42,213 bases of DNA from Desulfurococcales archaeon (GTDB taxonomy: Archaea; Thermoproteota; Thermoprotei_A; Sulfolobales; Desulfurococcaceae): contig JALVIT010000028.1 of the NCBI GenBank assembly GCA_027028545.1, positions 1 to 42,213 of the forward strand, given 5' to 3'. This document shows, in pieces, positions 1-10,249 of this stretch. Made by a program: the position numbers and the translations under genes. The notes under the pieces were generated by a model. The model worked only from the letters and a program-made list of their open reading frames with translations. It was not told where the DNA came from and searched no databases. The stretch's first letter is position 1. Each line of letters opens with the position of its first letter.

Positions 1-38
1 TATAAGGAGAGTTCCTCTCAAAAAGAGGGTTTAGAAAA

Positions 39-458
39 ATGGTCGATGAATTATTAATTCAAATTATGAAAGATGAGCTACATAAGGCTAAATCAGCGAA
101 TATTCTTAGAGAAGAAATGGAGAAATCTAACATGAAAATTATGAGAGATATACTTACAGCTTTTATTGATGACGATCACGACGTTGAACAAATAATTCAA
201 GCCTTGAGGGAGAATAATATAAGTTTAATACTATCAATACTACGCAAATATAATTTAACCACAGAACAAATTACCACAATACTACATGGACTACACATCA
301 GGATCGAAATAGGCGAAATTGAAATAGACCGCGAGAAAAAAAGAGGATTATCTTTATCACCTAGACCCGATGAGAAAACTAGAATGCTTCCTACAATGAC
401 CAACGTATCTATCGGTGGTGAACACGAATACAAAACTCAGAGCTTAATCTATATATAA
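39..458 (+). CDS. hypothetical protein (AT-rich island)
   Basis: ORF only. The sequence is markedly AT-rich compared with the housekeeping genes to the right, and I recognise no motif. Confidence 0.35.
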   Translation: MVDELLIQIMKDELHKAKSANILREEMEKSNMKIMRDILTAFIDDDHDVEQIIQALRENNISLILSILRKYNLTTEQITTILHGLHIRIEIGEIEIDREKKRGLSLSPRPDEKTRMLPTMTNVSIGGEHEYKTQSLIYI

Positions 459-522
459 ATTTATAATCCATTCATGAAATAATCTCTATACAATTATATT
501 ATCAACATTATATGGTGAAATT

Positions 523-972
523 ATGAGCCAGAAACCTGTGCTCAAGATTATTAGAAGCATACTTATAACACTTCAATCAAATAGAATATATCCTCATAGA
601 CTTCTCACGCCACCTATAACGGTAAAAACAAGAATAATACCCCAAATTATGTCCCCCATTTCTCATAGGCAGATATTCCTCGAAGATGTTTACATATCTG
701 AAGTATTACTAAATGTTACAATGGATCTACGAGGAGAAAATACTGATAGACCATTACGTGTACTTGATATAATGATGAAGTTTCTGATCTTAATCAAAAA
801 AGATGAAGAAATTAAAAAATACATAGATATTGAACCAGAAAATCTTCCAGAGGAACTAAAAAGACAGATAATATCTTACACTGTGAACGATGCTATTCCT
901 TTGATAGTTAATCTTACAGATAAACATATGCTCCCTATTCCAATTCCAATAGAAATAGTTGAACAACAATAA
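523..972 (+). CDS. hypothetical protein (AT-rich island)
   Basis: 149-aa ORF with ATG preceded by GGTGA (tatGGTGAaattATG). No recognisable motif. Confidence 0.4.
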   Translation: MSQKPVLKIIRSILITLQSNRIYPHRLLTPPITVKTRIIPQIMSPISHRQIFLEDVYISEVLLNVTMDLRGENTDRPLRVLDIMMKFLILIKKDEEIKKYIDIEPENLPEELKRQIISYTVNDAIPLIVNLTDKHMLPIPIPIEIVEQQ

Positions 973-990
973 ACATTATTTGGTGAGATA

Positions 991-1305
991 TTGAGGAAGA
1001 AGTTTTTTGTAATCGATACAAGCGTATTAATAGATTTATTCTACGTATTTGAGTATTTAAGGAACAAATATTATTGGGATTACAGATCACTAAATAGAAT
1101 ACTTAGGATCTTTAAAGTATTAAATAAGAAAATTGGAGTTACTATCATAATAAGCGATTTCGTGGTTAATGAACTTAAAAATGTAAGGGTTGAACCATTC
1201 AAGAGTCTTTTGAATAGGTTTATAGAAATCCTAGATAAAGAAAAGTATTTTAACATAATTAGTATAATTGATGATATTGATAATGAAGTAATAGAATTTG
1301 CCTAA
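991..1305 (+). CDS. PIN-domain-like protein, N-terminal part (possibly a pseudogene fragment)
   Basis: TTG start preceded by GGTGA. The N-terminus KKFFVIDTSVLIDLF resembles the first acidic motif of PIN nucleases. The ORF ends at TAA 1303-1305, and a second in-frame TAA lies at 1309-1311. Confidence 0.45.
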   Translation: MRKKFFVIDTSVLIDLFYVFEYLRNKYYWDYRSLNRILRIFKVLNKKIGVTIIISDFVVNELKNVRVEPFKSLLNRFIEILDKEKYFNIISIIDDIDNEVIEFA

Positions 1306-1329
1306 AATTAAGATAAAGATGATGCACAT

Positions 1330-1710
1330 TTGTATGCATTAATAAGAAAAATCATAAATGAAAATACTAGACATAAATTTACTATATCCGTTGTAATTGA
1401 TGACTATATGACTTTTAAAGGATTAAAAGAATTTGTCGATAAAAATAATTATTCAAATATAGTTACGATATATGACTTTCCGGAATTTATGAACCTTCTA
1501 TCTAGACTAGAAATTCCGTGGAGAAATAAAATGATCTATAAATACATTTTATATCTAGTCTACAAAACACAAAAACTACCATATACATTCAAAAAACTAG
1601 GTATTAAATGTGGATGTGAGGACCATAAAGTTGAAAGATATAAAAATTTAAATGTAAAATACTTGGAAAAATTTGTAGAAAAACCTATAATTCTCCCAAT
1701 GATAGAGTAA
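1330..1710 (+). CDS. PIN-domain-like protein, C-terminal part (same frame as 991..1305)
   Basis: Same reading frame as the upstream ORF. Reading across the stops gives ...EVIEFA*N*DKDDAHLYALIRKI...SVVIDDYMTF, which resembles the distal acidic PIN motifs. Confidence 0.4.
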   Translation: MYALIRKIINENTRHKFTISVVIDDYMTFKGLKEFVDKNNYSNIVTIYDFPEFMNLLSRLEIPWRNKMIYKYILYLVYKTQKLPYTFKKLGIKCGCEDHKVERYKNLNVKYLEKFVEKPIILPMIE

Positions 1711-1829
1711 AGAATACATCTAATTATTCTAGTTATCCAGATTAATCGTTCTATAGGGTTTTAATGGAAAGTCAGAAAGGGCGTTTCTCGACATCCATTC
1801 CATTCGGTAGATTGGTCGTTCATCATCCA

Positions 1830-2093
1830 TTAATATCTTTGATGTAGTATCTTCCCTAAATAAGGTGATGGCTTGATGATCTTTTTCTTAGCTAGTTGTT
1901 CAACCACTACATATCCCCTGAGTTCTAGACGTAGTAGTGCTTCGTAGAATTCTCCACGTGATACATCGTATCTATAATCCTTACGTATGATCTCGAGTAG
2001 TTCATCCTCACTAACACCTCTGGGGGTCTTTAATGCCTCCTCAAGTATTATTCTAAATAATGGATAGTTTCTCCAAACAACTTGTTCGGGCAT
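1830..2093 (-). CDS. small conserved hypothetical protein, winged-helix-like
   Basis: 87-aa ORF whose composition matches the neighbouring genes. It has a helix-rich pattern (EDELLEIIRKDY...EALLRLELRGYVV) and sits immediately upstream of cdc48 on the same strand. Confidence 0.5.
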   Translation of the reverse strand: MPEQVVWRNYPLFRIILEEALKTPRGVSEDELLEIIRKDYRYDVSRGEFYEALLRLELRGYVVVEQLAKKKIIKPSPYLGKILHQRY

Positions 2094-2115
2094 AATGTAT
2101 CAGCCTCTCAATGAT

Positions 2116-4338
<2,223 letters not shown>

Positions 4339-4444
4339 CTAAGGATAATGAAATCTTCTATTTCCAATTTCTATATATAACCCCTTAAATAATATGTATT
4401 TGTAGAAAATATTTTACACGCTAGATTATAAAAACTTATTCTTA

Positions 4445-4717
4445 CTAGGACATCCTATGTACAGCTTCAACCTCCACCTGACTAACTCCTTCAACACCCA
4501 TGATCATCTTCTCTAGGGGATCGGTTCCCCCCTCGGTATACTCAGGTATTAGTATGGCTAGTCTTAAAGCCTTTAACCCGAAGGCTATAGGCTCTATATC
4601 GTGTGCTTTGATTTCATAGTTCTCGGGTAGAGCCTTCCTAATCTTCTCCTTCAACTCCTCAAGATCAATATTTATGTCTTCCGGTAGAACCTTTACAAGT
4701 ACGAGGACCTTAGCCAT
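4445..4717 (-). CDS. ef1b: translation elongation factor aEF-1 beta
   Basis: The 90-aa size and sequence pattern (MAKVLVLVKVLPED...IAFGLKAL...VEAVHRMS) are typical of archaeal EF-1beta. It shows the classical pairing with a Zn-ribbon gene. Confidence 0.85.
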   Translation of the reverse strand: MAKVLVLVKVLPEDINIDLEELKEKIRKALPENYEIKAHDIEPIAFGLKALRLAILIPEYTEGGTDPLEKMIMGVEGVSQVEVEAVHRMS

Positions 4718-4735
4718 AACACATACACCTCCCAG

Positions 4736-4999
4736 TTATGGACCTTTAAAGCCACAGTTTGGACATATGTATGGAACACCTAGTTTACGACACTTCTTAC
4801 ACCTAATAATTACGACCTGTCCACAATTGGGGCATGGGAAGCTTGTCCCATGCTCGTGGGGTGGTATCAGTCTATGGCAGCTGGAACATACTGGTGGTGA
4901 TGAAGCCTCCTCAATAGCTATGCTGGCAGATGCTAGACTATACTTCGAAGCCAAACCATCCACACCCCTATTAAACCACGTGTCTATCTCTAGATACAA
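4736..4999 (-). CDS. Zn-ribbon RNA-binding protein (COG2888-like, translation-associated)
   Basis: Four CxxC pairs (CSSC, CPNC, CKKC, CPNC) and the conserved position next to aEF-1beta. The true start may be internal, since the family is usually about 60 aa. Confidence 0.7.
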   Translation of the reverse strand: MYLEIDTWFNRGVDGLASKYSLASASIAIEEASSPPVCSSCHRLIPPHEHGTSFPCPNCGQVVIIRCKKCRKLGVPYICPNCGFKGP

Positions 5000-5079
5000 T
5001 TCTTAACCCTATTATACCGGATACGGATTTAATAAAATTACCTCCCAATTGAATATATTCTACCCGGTGGTGTATCATC

Positions 5080-5442
5080 GTGGACGAGTATAAACAGGTA
5101 ATAGCTGTGAGGACGGATATAAGGATGGGTAAGGGTAAGCTAGCTGTACAGGTAGCCCATGCAGCTGTATCTGCAGCCTTTAAAGCCTATAATAGTAGGC
5201 GTTGGAGGAGATGGTTTGATCTATGGTGGGAGACTGGGCAGAAGAAGATCGTTGTTAAGGGTGGAAGTGAGAAGGATCTACTGGATCTAGCATATAGGGC
5301 TGAAAAACTAGACCTACCAGTATCCATAGTTAGAGATGCTGGCCGGACACAGCTTGAACCGGGAACGTTGACGGCTATAGGTATAGGCCCCGCTCCCTCC
5401 GAAGTAATCGATAAGGTTACCGGCGGGTTGAAGCTGTTATGA
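5080..5442 (+). CDS. pth2: peptidyl-tRNA hydrolase, archaeal PTH2 type
   Basis: KQVIAVRTDIRMGKGKLAVQVAHAAV and the C-terminal TAIGIGPAP pattern at 120 aa are typical of Pth2. Confidence 0.9.
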   Translation: MDEYKQVIAVRTDIRMGKGKLAVQVAHAAVSAAFKAYNSRRWRRWFDLWWETGQKKIVVKGGSEKDLLDLAYRAEKLDLPVSIVRDAGRTQLEPGTLTAIGIGPAPSEVIDKVTGGLKLL

Positions 5443-6545
5443 AGAATATTTATCGACACCCTCTAGACTATGCATTGGGTCTTAAACACTATCTCACAGA
5501 CAAACGTATATCAGTGAGATATTCCCCAAACCCACACAACTTCCACGTTACAGAGATAATCGATCTTAAGAGGCTAGGGTATGATATGGGTCTAGATGGG
5601 GAATACCTAGTATATAGGATCGTTAAGAGAGGGGTTGATACATGGAGGGTTTTAAGGGAGTTTTCACAGATGATCAGAGTCCCTGAGCAGAACATAGTTT
5701 TCCTAGGCTTAAAGGATAGGGGTTCTACAAGTGTTCAACATTTCTTCGTTAAGAAGAGTATTGTGAGGGATGTATCATGGGAATACTTTACCTCGATATG
5801 GAAGGCTACCTTAACTGGTAGTGTGAAACGTAAGCCTTCAAGAAACGATCTAGTAGGTAATAGATTCGAGATAATAGTAGAGAATGCTGATAGGGATGTA
5901 TTCAAAACTATAAGTGAGGTAATCGGGGTTATCCGGAGGAGGGGTTTACCGTCATACTATGGGTATCAGAGGTTTGGAGTTAAGAGATTTAATACCCATT
6001 TACTCGGTAAGTATCTACTCGCTGGTAGGGTTGATCTATTTATGGATGAACTACTATACAGGCTCTACCCCGGTGAACCCGTAGATCTAACTATTCGTAG
6101 AATTATGGGAGTGTTCGATCGGAGGCTATACTATGAGTATAAATTGATAAACAATATTCAGAAGCACGGTTTTAGAGGACTGAGGAAACTCCTCACGAGT
6201 ATGCTTAAGGGTTTATTCATTGATGCATATCAATCCTACCTCTACAACCTCATGATCTCGAATATGATCGATATGTATGGCTGGAGTGCATTGGATAAAG
6301 AATATCCTATGCCCTCATGTAGTGGATCCGAGGATTACTACATGGATATATGTAGATCCGAAGGCGTAGATCCCAGTATATTCGAGGATCTGGATAGATG
6401 CTGGTATAGGAGGGGATTATTCTACCCTAGGGAGGTATCCATAGAGGGGGTCGATGATAAGGTTATTATTAGGTTCATGCTCGAAAAAGGATATTATGCA
6501 ACCATATTGCTAAGGGAGTTGTTTAAGGAAAATCTACACATATGA
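5439..6545 (+). CDS. truD: tRNA pseudouridine synthase TruD/Pus7 family
   Basis: FHVTEI near the N-terminus and the catalytic-Asp motif GLKDRGSTSVQHF. The start overlaps the pth2 stop (ATGA). Confidence 0.8.
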   Translation: MKNIYRHPLDYALGLKHYLTDKRISVRYSPNPHNFHVTEIIDLKRLGYDMGLDGEYLVYRIVKRGVDTWRVLREFSQMIRVPEQNIVFLGLKDRGSTSVQHFFVKKSIVRDVSWEYFTSIWKATLTGSVKRKPSRNDLVGNRFEIIVENADRDVFKTISEVIGVIRRRGLPSYYGYQRFGVKRFNTHLLGKYLLAGRVDLFMDELLYRLYPGEPVDLTIRRIMGVFDRRLYYEYKLINNIQKHGFRGLRKLLTSMLKGLFIDAYQSYLYNLMISNMIDMYGWSALDKEYPMPSCSGSEDYYMDICRSEGVDPSIFEDLDRCWYRRGLFYPREVSIEGVDDKVIIRFMLEKGYYATILLRELFKENLHI

Positions 6546-6609
6546 CCTATTATATAGCTCCTAAACCTAGGATAGACTAGGATTGCCGATATTTTGCCGA
6601 ATTTAAGGG

Positions 6610-7152
6610 TTAGAATACTGCTTCAAATCTAAACCTTACTGGTTTGTCGAATATTTTTGAGAGTAGCTCTTCTAATCTACCCAGTCTATCCCTCAGGTAT
6701 CTCTTATCCCTACGCGGTATTCTAACTATTACCTGTTCCGTCCCGTCGGGTAGCCATAGAGTGTTTAGTCCTAGTAGTGTTGCCGGCGATATTATTTGTT
6801 CTACGACCTGTTTCTTATCTGGTGTATAGTTTACTATCTTAACCCTTCTATGCAGTCTCGATGAGAGCCTCCTACCGATCCTATCCCTCTCGACCGGGTT
6901 ATCTATACCCTTAACCAGTATTATCACCTGGTCTCCTAGATCATATGCTTTAATGTATTCACCCTTACGTAGCTCCTTCATCTCCTCTTCAAGCTCCATC
7001 ATAGCCTTCATCACTGGTATCTCATACTCTCCAACGATGCCCATGTTAACCTTCCTCTGACAATTCGGACATAGTATACCGCTCTTAACACATATCCTAT
7101 CCAGTGGATACTTCAACCCCCCAGACTCACCGCCTACACTATATCTAACCAT
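6610..7152 (-). CDS. Zn-ribbon plus NusA-like KH-domain RNA-binding protein
   Basis: CPNC zinc-ribbon element at the N-terminus. The C-terminal segment VVEQIISPATLLGLNTLWLPDGTEQVIVRIP resembles the NusA KH region. A TTTAAA box lies about 20-28 nt upstream of the ATG, so the transcript is probably leaderless. Confidence 0.5.
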   Translation of the reverse strand: MVRYSVGGESGGLKYPLDRICVKSGILCPNCQRKVNMGIVGEYEIPVMKAMMELEEEMKELRKGEYIKAYDLGDQVIILVKGIDNPVERDRIGRRLSSRLHRRVKIVNYTPDKKQVVEQIISPATLLGLNTLWLPDGTEQVIVRIPRRDKRYLRDRLGRLEELLSKIFDKPVRFRFEAVF

Positions 7153-7199
7153 TAAACATGTATAATCAAGCCTTTAAAACATTATCATCCCACGGAGAA

Positions 7200-7485
7200 A
7201 CACTATGGTTAACCATGTGGAGGGGGATGGGCCTCGGAAACCGGTGCAGTAATCATCCATATCATCGAGGGAATAGGCTCCTCATCGGCGCCTCTCTCAG
7301 CTACCGTGAGGTGCTTCATCGCATCCCTCCGGCTCCTGGGGGTGAGAGGAGGATTCATCACCGGGGATACTGGATTGTTTAGAGGGGGTTTAAATAATTA
7401 TGATGTATGGTTGGGTTGAAGGCCGGGAACCTTCGGCTCATTCCCTAGCCTTTACGGCTGCGTCGCCGAAGGGCGGGGGACATTT
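7200..7485 (+). ncRNA. candidate structured non-coding RNA (about 290 nt, class unresolved)
   Basis: A locally GC-rich block in an AT-richer context. The only ORFs (7158..7382, 7400..7627) have non-protein-like composition. A TTTAAAA box lies at about 7172-7181 and T-runs follow on the + strand (cattttat..., gttttt at 7506-7511). Several complementary segments are visible, e.g. GGAGGGGGATG (7219-7229) with CATCCCTCC (7321-7329), GAAGG/CCTTC around 7419-7435, and GGTGA/TCACC around 7340-7362. I could not find the SRP helix-8 consensus or the RNase P GGAAAGTCC motif. Confidence 0.45.
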
Positions 7486-7530
7486 TATATCTATGTCTAT
7501 TCCGTGTTTTTACCTTTTCCTCTATGTTTT

Positions 7531-7800
7531 CTATATTTTCTTCTCGATGGGGGTGCCTAGTTTTTTCAGTGTTTTTACTGCTTTTTCTACAGCTTCCTCT
7601 TTATCCATGCCTATTCCCTTACCATAGATTAGGTTGAATTTGAGCCTCTTACCGTCGACTGTATGTATTGTGAAGCCTACGACTCCTATTCCGGAGAATC
7701 TACGTTTAAACTCTATCCTCCTTATCAGCTCCCTCTTAGCGAAGCCTATTATTTTAAAGCCTTCACCTTCACCCTTTAGCTTCTCGACTAACTCGTCCAC
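7531..7800 (-). CDS. hypothetical protein
   Basis: 89-aa ORF with a GTG start. The composition is plausible for an alpha/beta protein. It overlaps the upstream ORF by 32 nt in a different frame. Confidence 0.5.
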   Translation of the reverse strand: MDELVEKLKGEGEGFKIIGFAKRELIRRIEFKRRFSGIGVVGFTIHTVDGKRLKFNLIYGKGIGMDKEEAVEKAVKTLKKLGTPIEKKI

Positions 7801-8011
7801 GCATCTTGGATAGTTTAACCAGAGCTCTCACCCATAACAGCTTAGACACTCCAATGGCTGAGGCTATTACTGATTTCAAAAACTCACGCTTCGGACTAGT
7901 AATCAATATACCGTTCTCAGCGACGAGCATTAGGAACGGTAGTGTACCCATTTTAATGGGTATTGCACCTATAATCTCGCCCATCTCGACCCATTTACCC
8001 TTACCACTCAT
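7769..8011 (-). CDS. hypothetical protein (weakly Roadblock/LC7-like)
   Basis: 80-aa ORF. GTLPFLMLVAENGILITSP is vaguely reminiscent of Roadblock/LC7 folds. This may be the 5' part of a frameshifted gene together with 7531..7800. Confidence 0.4.
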   Translation of the reverse strand: MSGKGKWVEMGEIIGAIPIKMGTLPFLMLVAENGILITSPKREFLKSVIASAIGVSKLLWVRALVKLSKMRGRVSREAKG

Positions 8012-8106
8012 AAATGCCCCCTGATATTTTTAGTATTATTATAGTTGAGGATAAAGATTGTTTACTGAGTAAAGATATGATTTGAGAGGATGCACCATAG
8101 ATATAG

Positions 8107-8184
8107 TGGTGGGCCCGCGGGGATTTGAACCCCGGACCTCCGCCTCGTCAGGGCGGCGTCCTAACCAGGCTAGACGACGGGCCC
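8107..8184 (-). tRNA. tRNA-Val (anticodon GAC), CCA encoded
   Basis: Manual cloverleaf: acceptor GGGCCCG/CGGGCCC, D arm GUCU/GGAC, anticodon stem CCGCC/GGCGG with loop CUGACGA, T arm CGGGG-UUCAAAU-CCCCG, discriminator A followed by CCA. Confidence 0.9.
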
Positions 8185-8211
8185 TTATCCCCACTATTTC
8201 TCCCATGTATT

Positions 8212-8220
8212 CATTATAGG
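8212..8220 (-). promoter_or_regulatory. TATA-like box upstream of tRNA-Val
   Basis: cctataatg on the minus strand, about 28-36 nt upstream of the tRNA 5' end. Confidence 0.35.
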
Positions 8221-8355
8221 AATATACTAGGAGTAATAAATCCTTTGCCGTCAACTAGTTTGAGGCTTCGTTAGGAGGATTATCGTTTTAGAGAATAGTG
8301 ATTTATCCTCGATCTTAAAAATATTGTTCTCCCCTTAATATAGTGGAGAGAAAAA

Positions 8356-8553
8356 ATGCCTAATGGTTATGAATTGTATCTTAAATATAAGCTTGAGACT
8401 AGGGAGATAGAGCTTAGATTTTACAAGCTAATACTTAGACTAATAAAGAGGGATAGGGAGAAGGCTGAAGAAATACTAAACAGGATCACGGATCCAGACG
8501 ATCCATTAACAGTTGAGGAAGCGATAAAGATAATTAGGGAAATGCTTGAGTAA
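8356..8553 (+). CDS. small hypothetical protein (helical)
   Basis: 65-aa ORF with A/T-rich boxes (cttaaaaatatt, ttaatatag) within 40 nt upstream. Confidence 0.4.
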   Translation: MPNGYELYLKYKLETREIELRFYKLILRLIKRDREKAEEILNRITDPDDPLTVEEAIKIIREMLE

Positions 8554-8643
8554 ATGTATTTTCGAGAAAATACTCCACTATGCTGATACAGCTATTATCC
8601 TAATTATCCCGGCGGTAACTATATATTATAATGGTGGATAGAC

Positions 8644-9060
8644 GTGTTTAGGATTGGTAGGGTGTTTATGATCCGTGTACCGGAGGGTAGCGAATTACTC
8701 GATTATCTAAACATGTTCGCTGCTAGGGAGAATATCGTTAATGGATACATCAACCTGATCGGCTCCCTGAAAAACCCGGTGATAGGATACTATAATACAG
8801 CTAAGGGAGTATATGAGGAGATAGAGCTTAAAGGATTCTACGAACTAGCCAGCGGGATCGGGAACATAAGCCTAAAAGATGATAAACCCTACACACACCT
8901 ACACGTAGTCCTAGGAGGACCAAAGGGAGAAACATACGCTGGGCACCTCATACGCGGAGAAGTATACATAGTAGAAGCAACAATAACCGAAACAATCGGA
9001 GAAAAACCACTCGAAAGAACAAAACACGGAAACCTACAGCCATGGCCAACAAAGAAATAA
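8644..9060 (+). CDS. PPC (DUF296) domain protein
   Basis: The pattern GSELLDYLNMFAARENI...GSLKNPVIGYY...HLHVVLGGPKGETYAGHLIRGEV is typical of PPC/DUF296 (PCC1-like AT-hook-less) proteins. Confidence 0.7.
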   Translation: MFRIGRVFMIRVPEGSELLDYLNMFAARENIVNGYINLIGSLKNPVIGYYNTAKGVYEEIELKGFYELASGIGNISLKDDKPYTHLHVVLGGPKGETYAGHLIRGEVYIVEATITETIGEKPLERTKHGNLQPWPTKK

Positions 9061-9208
9061 AAGAAGAATAGTAGACTCGGGGGTCCTAATCTAAATCTTC
9101 ACCTCATTAAGATAATGTCCTATTTTGAGAGTAATGAATTCCTTATTATGAGTATTAATAGTGTGTTCTTTAATAATACTATTGTATAAGTTTTCATGTT
9201 TTCTGTAG

Positions 9209-10126
9209 TTATTGGGTAATATCAAGCAGTGCTTCAGCATATATTCTATAACCTATTCTCTTACAACTATTAGTCGAGAGAATAAGATCAACATGATTTA
9301 GGGACTTCATATAATTTTTATCACGAATAAGTTTAATCACAAACCTTTTATATTTACCATGTGAACCCAATGCTAATGCAGCTTTAATACGCTTTATAGG
9401 ATGATATATGTATGGTTCTAATTCTTCTATTACCTTTATTTTCCTAGATGTAATCCTATAGATATTCTTTTTATTATCTCTCATAATTACATCATAATCT
9501 GCATCAGGATCGAGTTCTTGAACAAATCGTTTGTATATCAAATCAGCAAACCATTTATCTGCTGTAGCGAGAGATACTTCTCTCCTTACTCTGCCATTTT
9601 TACTCCAGTAAACACTAATACTACCATCACCATCGATAAATCCCCCGAGCATTGCTAGAAAATCTTCCCTATTGCTGAGACATTCCCTATATACTTCCGG
9701 GTTTCGTTTAGGATATGGAATTACTGTTTTCGGAACAGAAATTACAAATACTACATTAGGTGCTTTTCTGATACTCTTATTACTACCTATAAAACAAGAT
9801 ATAGAGCCCATACCTCTAGTCCTAAGAGGCCATAACCATCGGACACCAGCGTATAGTGTCGAATAACGTGTAGTACTAAGCGATACCTTCACATTTCTTC
9901 CTTTAATAATTTCTCTAAGTCTAGCCCTACTCTCCGTTTTTGATACTATACAGTCTGCGAATATGAACCCTCTGGAACCGCATATTCCTATAGAGTTGTG
10001 TAATTCGCCATATCTTATCATGGGTAGATCAGCATATTCAAATATCTCAGCATGTAGCTCTAGTAACCTATGAATACTAAAATTAGTACCTATAAGCTCA
10101 TTTATATCATGATTCATCAAAACCAA
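9209..10126 (-). CDS. LAGLIDADG homing-endonuclease-like protein (free-standing)
   Basis: Clear LAGLIDADG motif LAMLGGFIDGDGSI (aa 157-170) plus a degenerate upstream copy GSRGFIFADCI (aa 50-60). The spacing of about 110 aa matches two-motif monomeric enzymes. The likely real start is the ATG at 10117. The ORF is AT-rich relative to its neighbours. Confidence 0.75.
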   Translation of the reverse strand: MVLMNHDINELIGTNFSIHRLLELHAEIFEYADLPMIRYGELHNSIGICGSRGFIFADCIVSKTESRARLREIIKGRNVKVSLSTTRYSTLYAGVRWLWPLRTRGMGSISCFIGSNKSIRKAPNVVFVISVPKTVIPYPKRNPEVYRECLSNREDFLAMLGGFIDGDGSISVYWSKNGRVRREVSLATADKWFADLIYKRFVQELDPDADYDVIMRDNKKNIYRITSRKIKVIEELEPYIYHPIKRIKAALALGSHGKYKRFVIKLIRDKNYMKSLNHVDLILSTNSCKRIGYRIYAEALLDITQ

Positions 10127-10249
10127 CTCACTATTATCTTTTCACATACATTATATAAGGAGTATTTAAAGAGCTATCGAGGCACACGAATTATGAAATA
10201 CAAGGGAATAATGGATAATAGATGATTAAAATGGGGCCCATCGTGGTGA

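Noticed and set aside
7200-7485. Specific identification as SRP RNA, RNase P RNA or 5S rRNA
   Set aside because: The length fits SRP RNA, and a 10-nt match (UACCGUGAGG) to what I recall of Sulfolobus 5S exists. The diagnostic motifs are absent on both strands: SRP helix 8 GGAA...AGCA, RNase P GGAAAGUCC, and the 5S loop architecture. The feature is left unclassified.
7158-7627. Two + strand ORFs (74 and 75 aa) covering the GC-rich block
   Set aside because: The composition is Gly/Arg/His/Pro-rich and not protein-like. There is no RBS or sensible start context, and the second ORF overlaps a better minus-strand ORF. The region is treated as an RNA candidate instead.
8039-8254. 71-aa minus-strand ORF
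   Set aside because: It overlaps the tRNA-Val gene completely, and its translation is an artefact of the GC-rich tRNA sequence.
9071-9090. TCGGGGGTCCTAATC, resembling the tRNA-Trp T-arm (TCGGGGGTTCAAATC), at the far side of the LAGLIDADG ORF as a possible att-type repeat
   Set aside because: It is in inverted rather than direct orientation relative to the tRNA. It lacks the closing CCCCC strand and matches only about 13 of 16 nt, so it is most likely chance.
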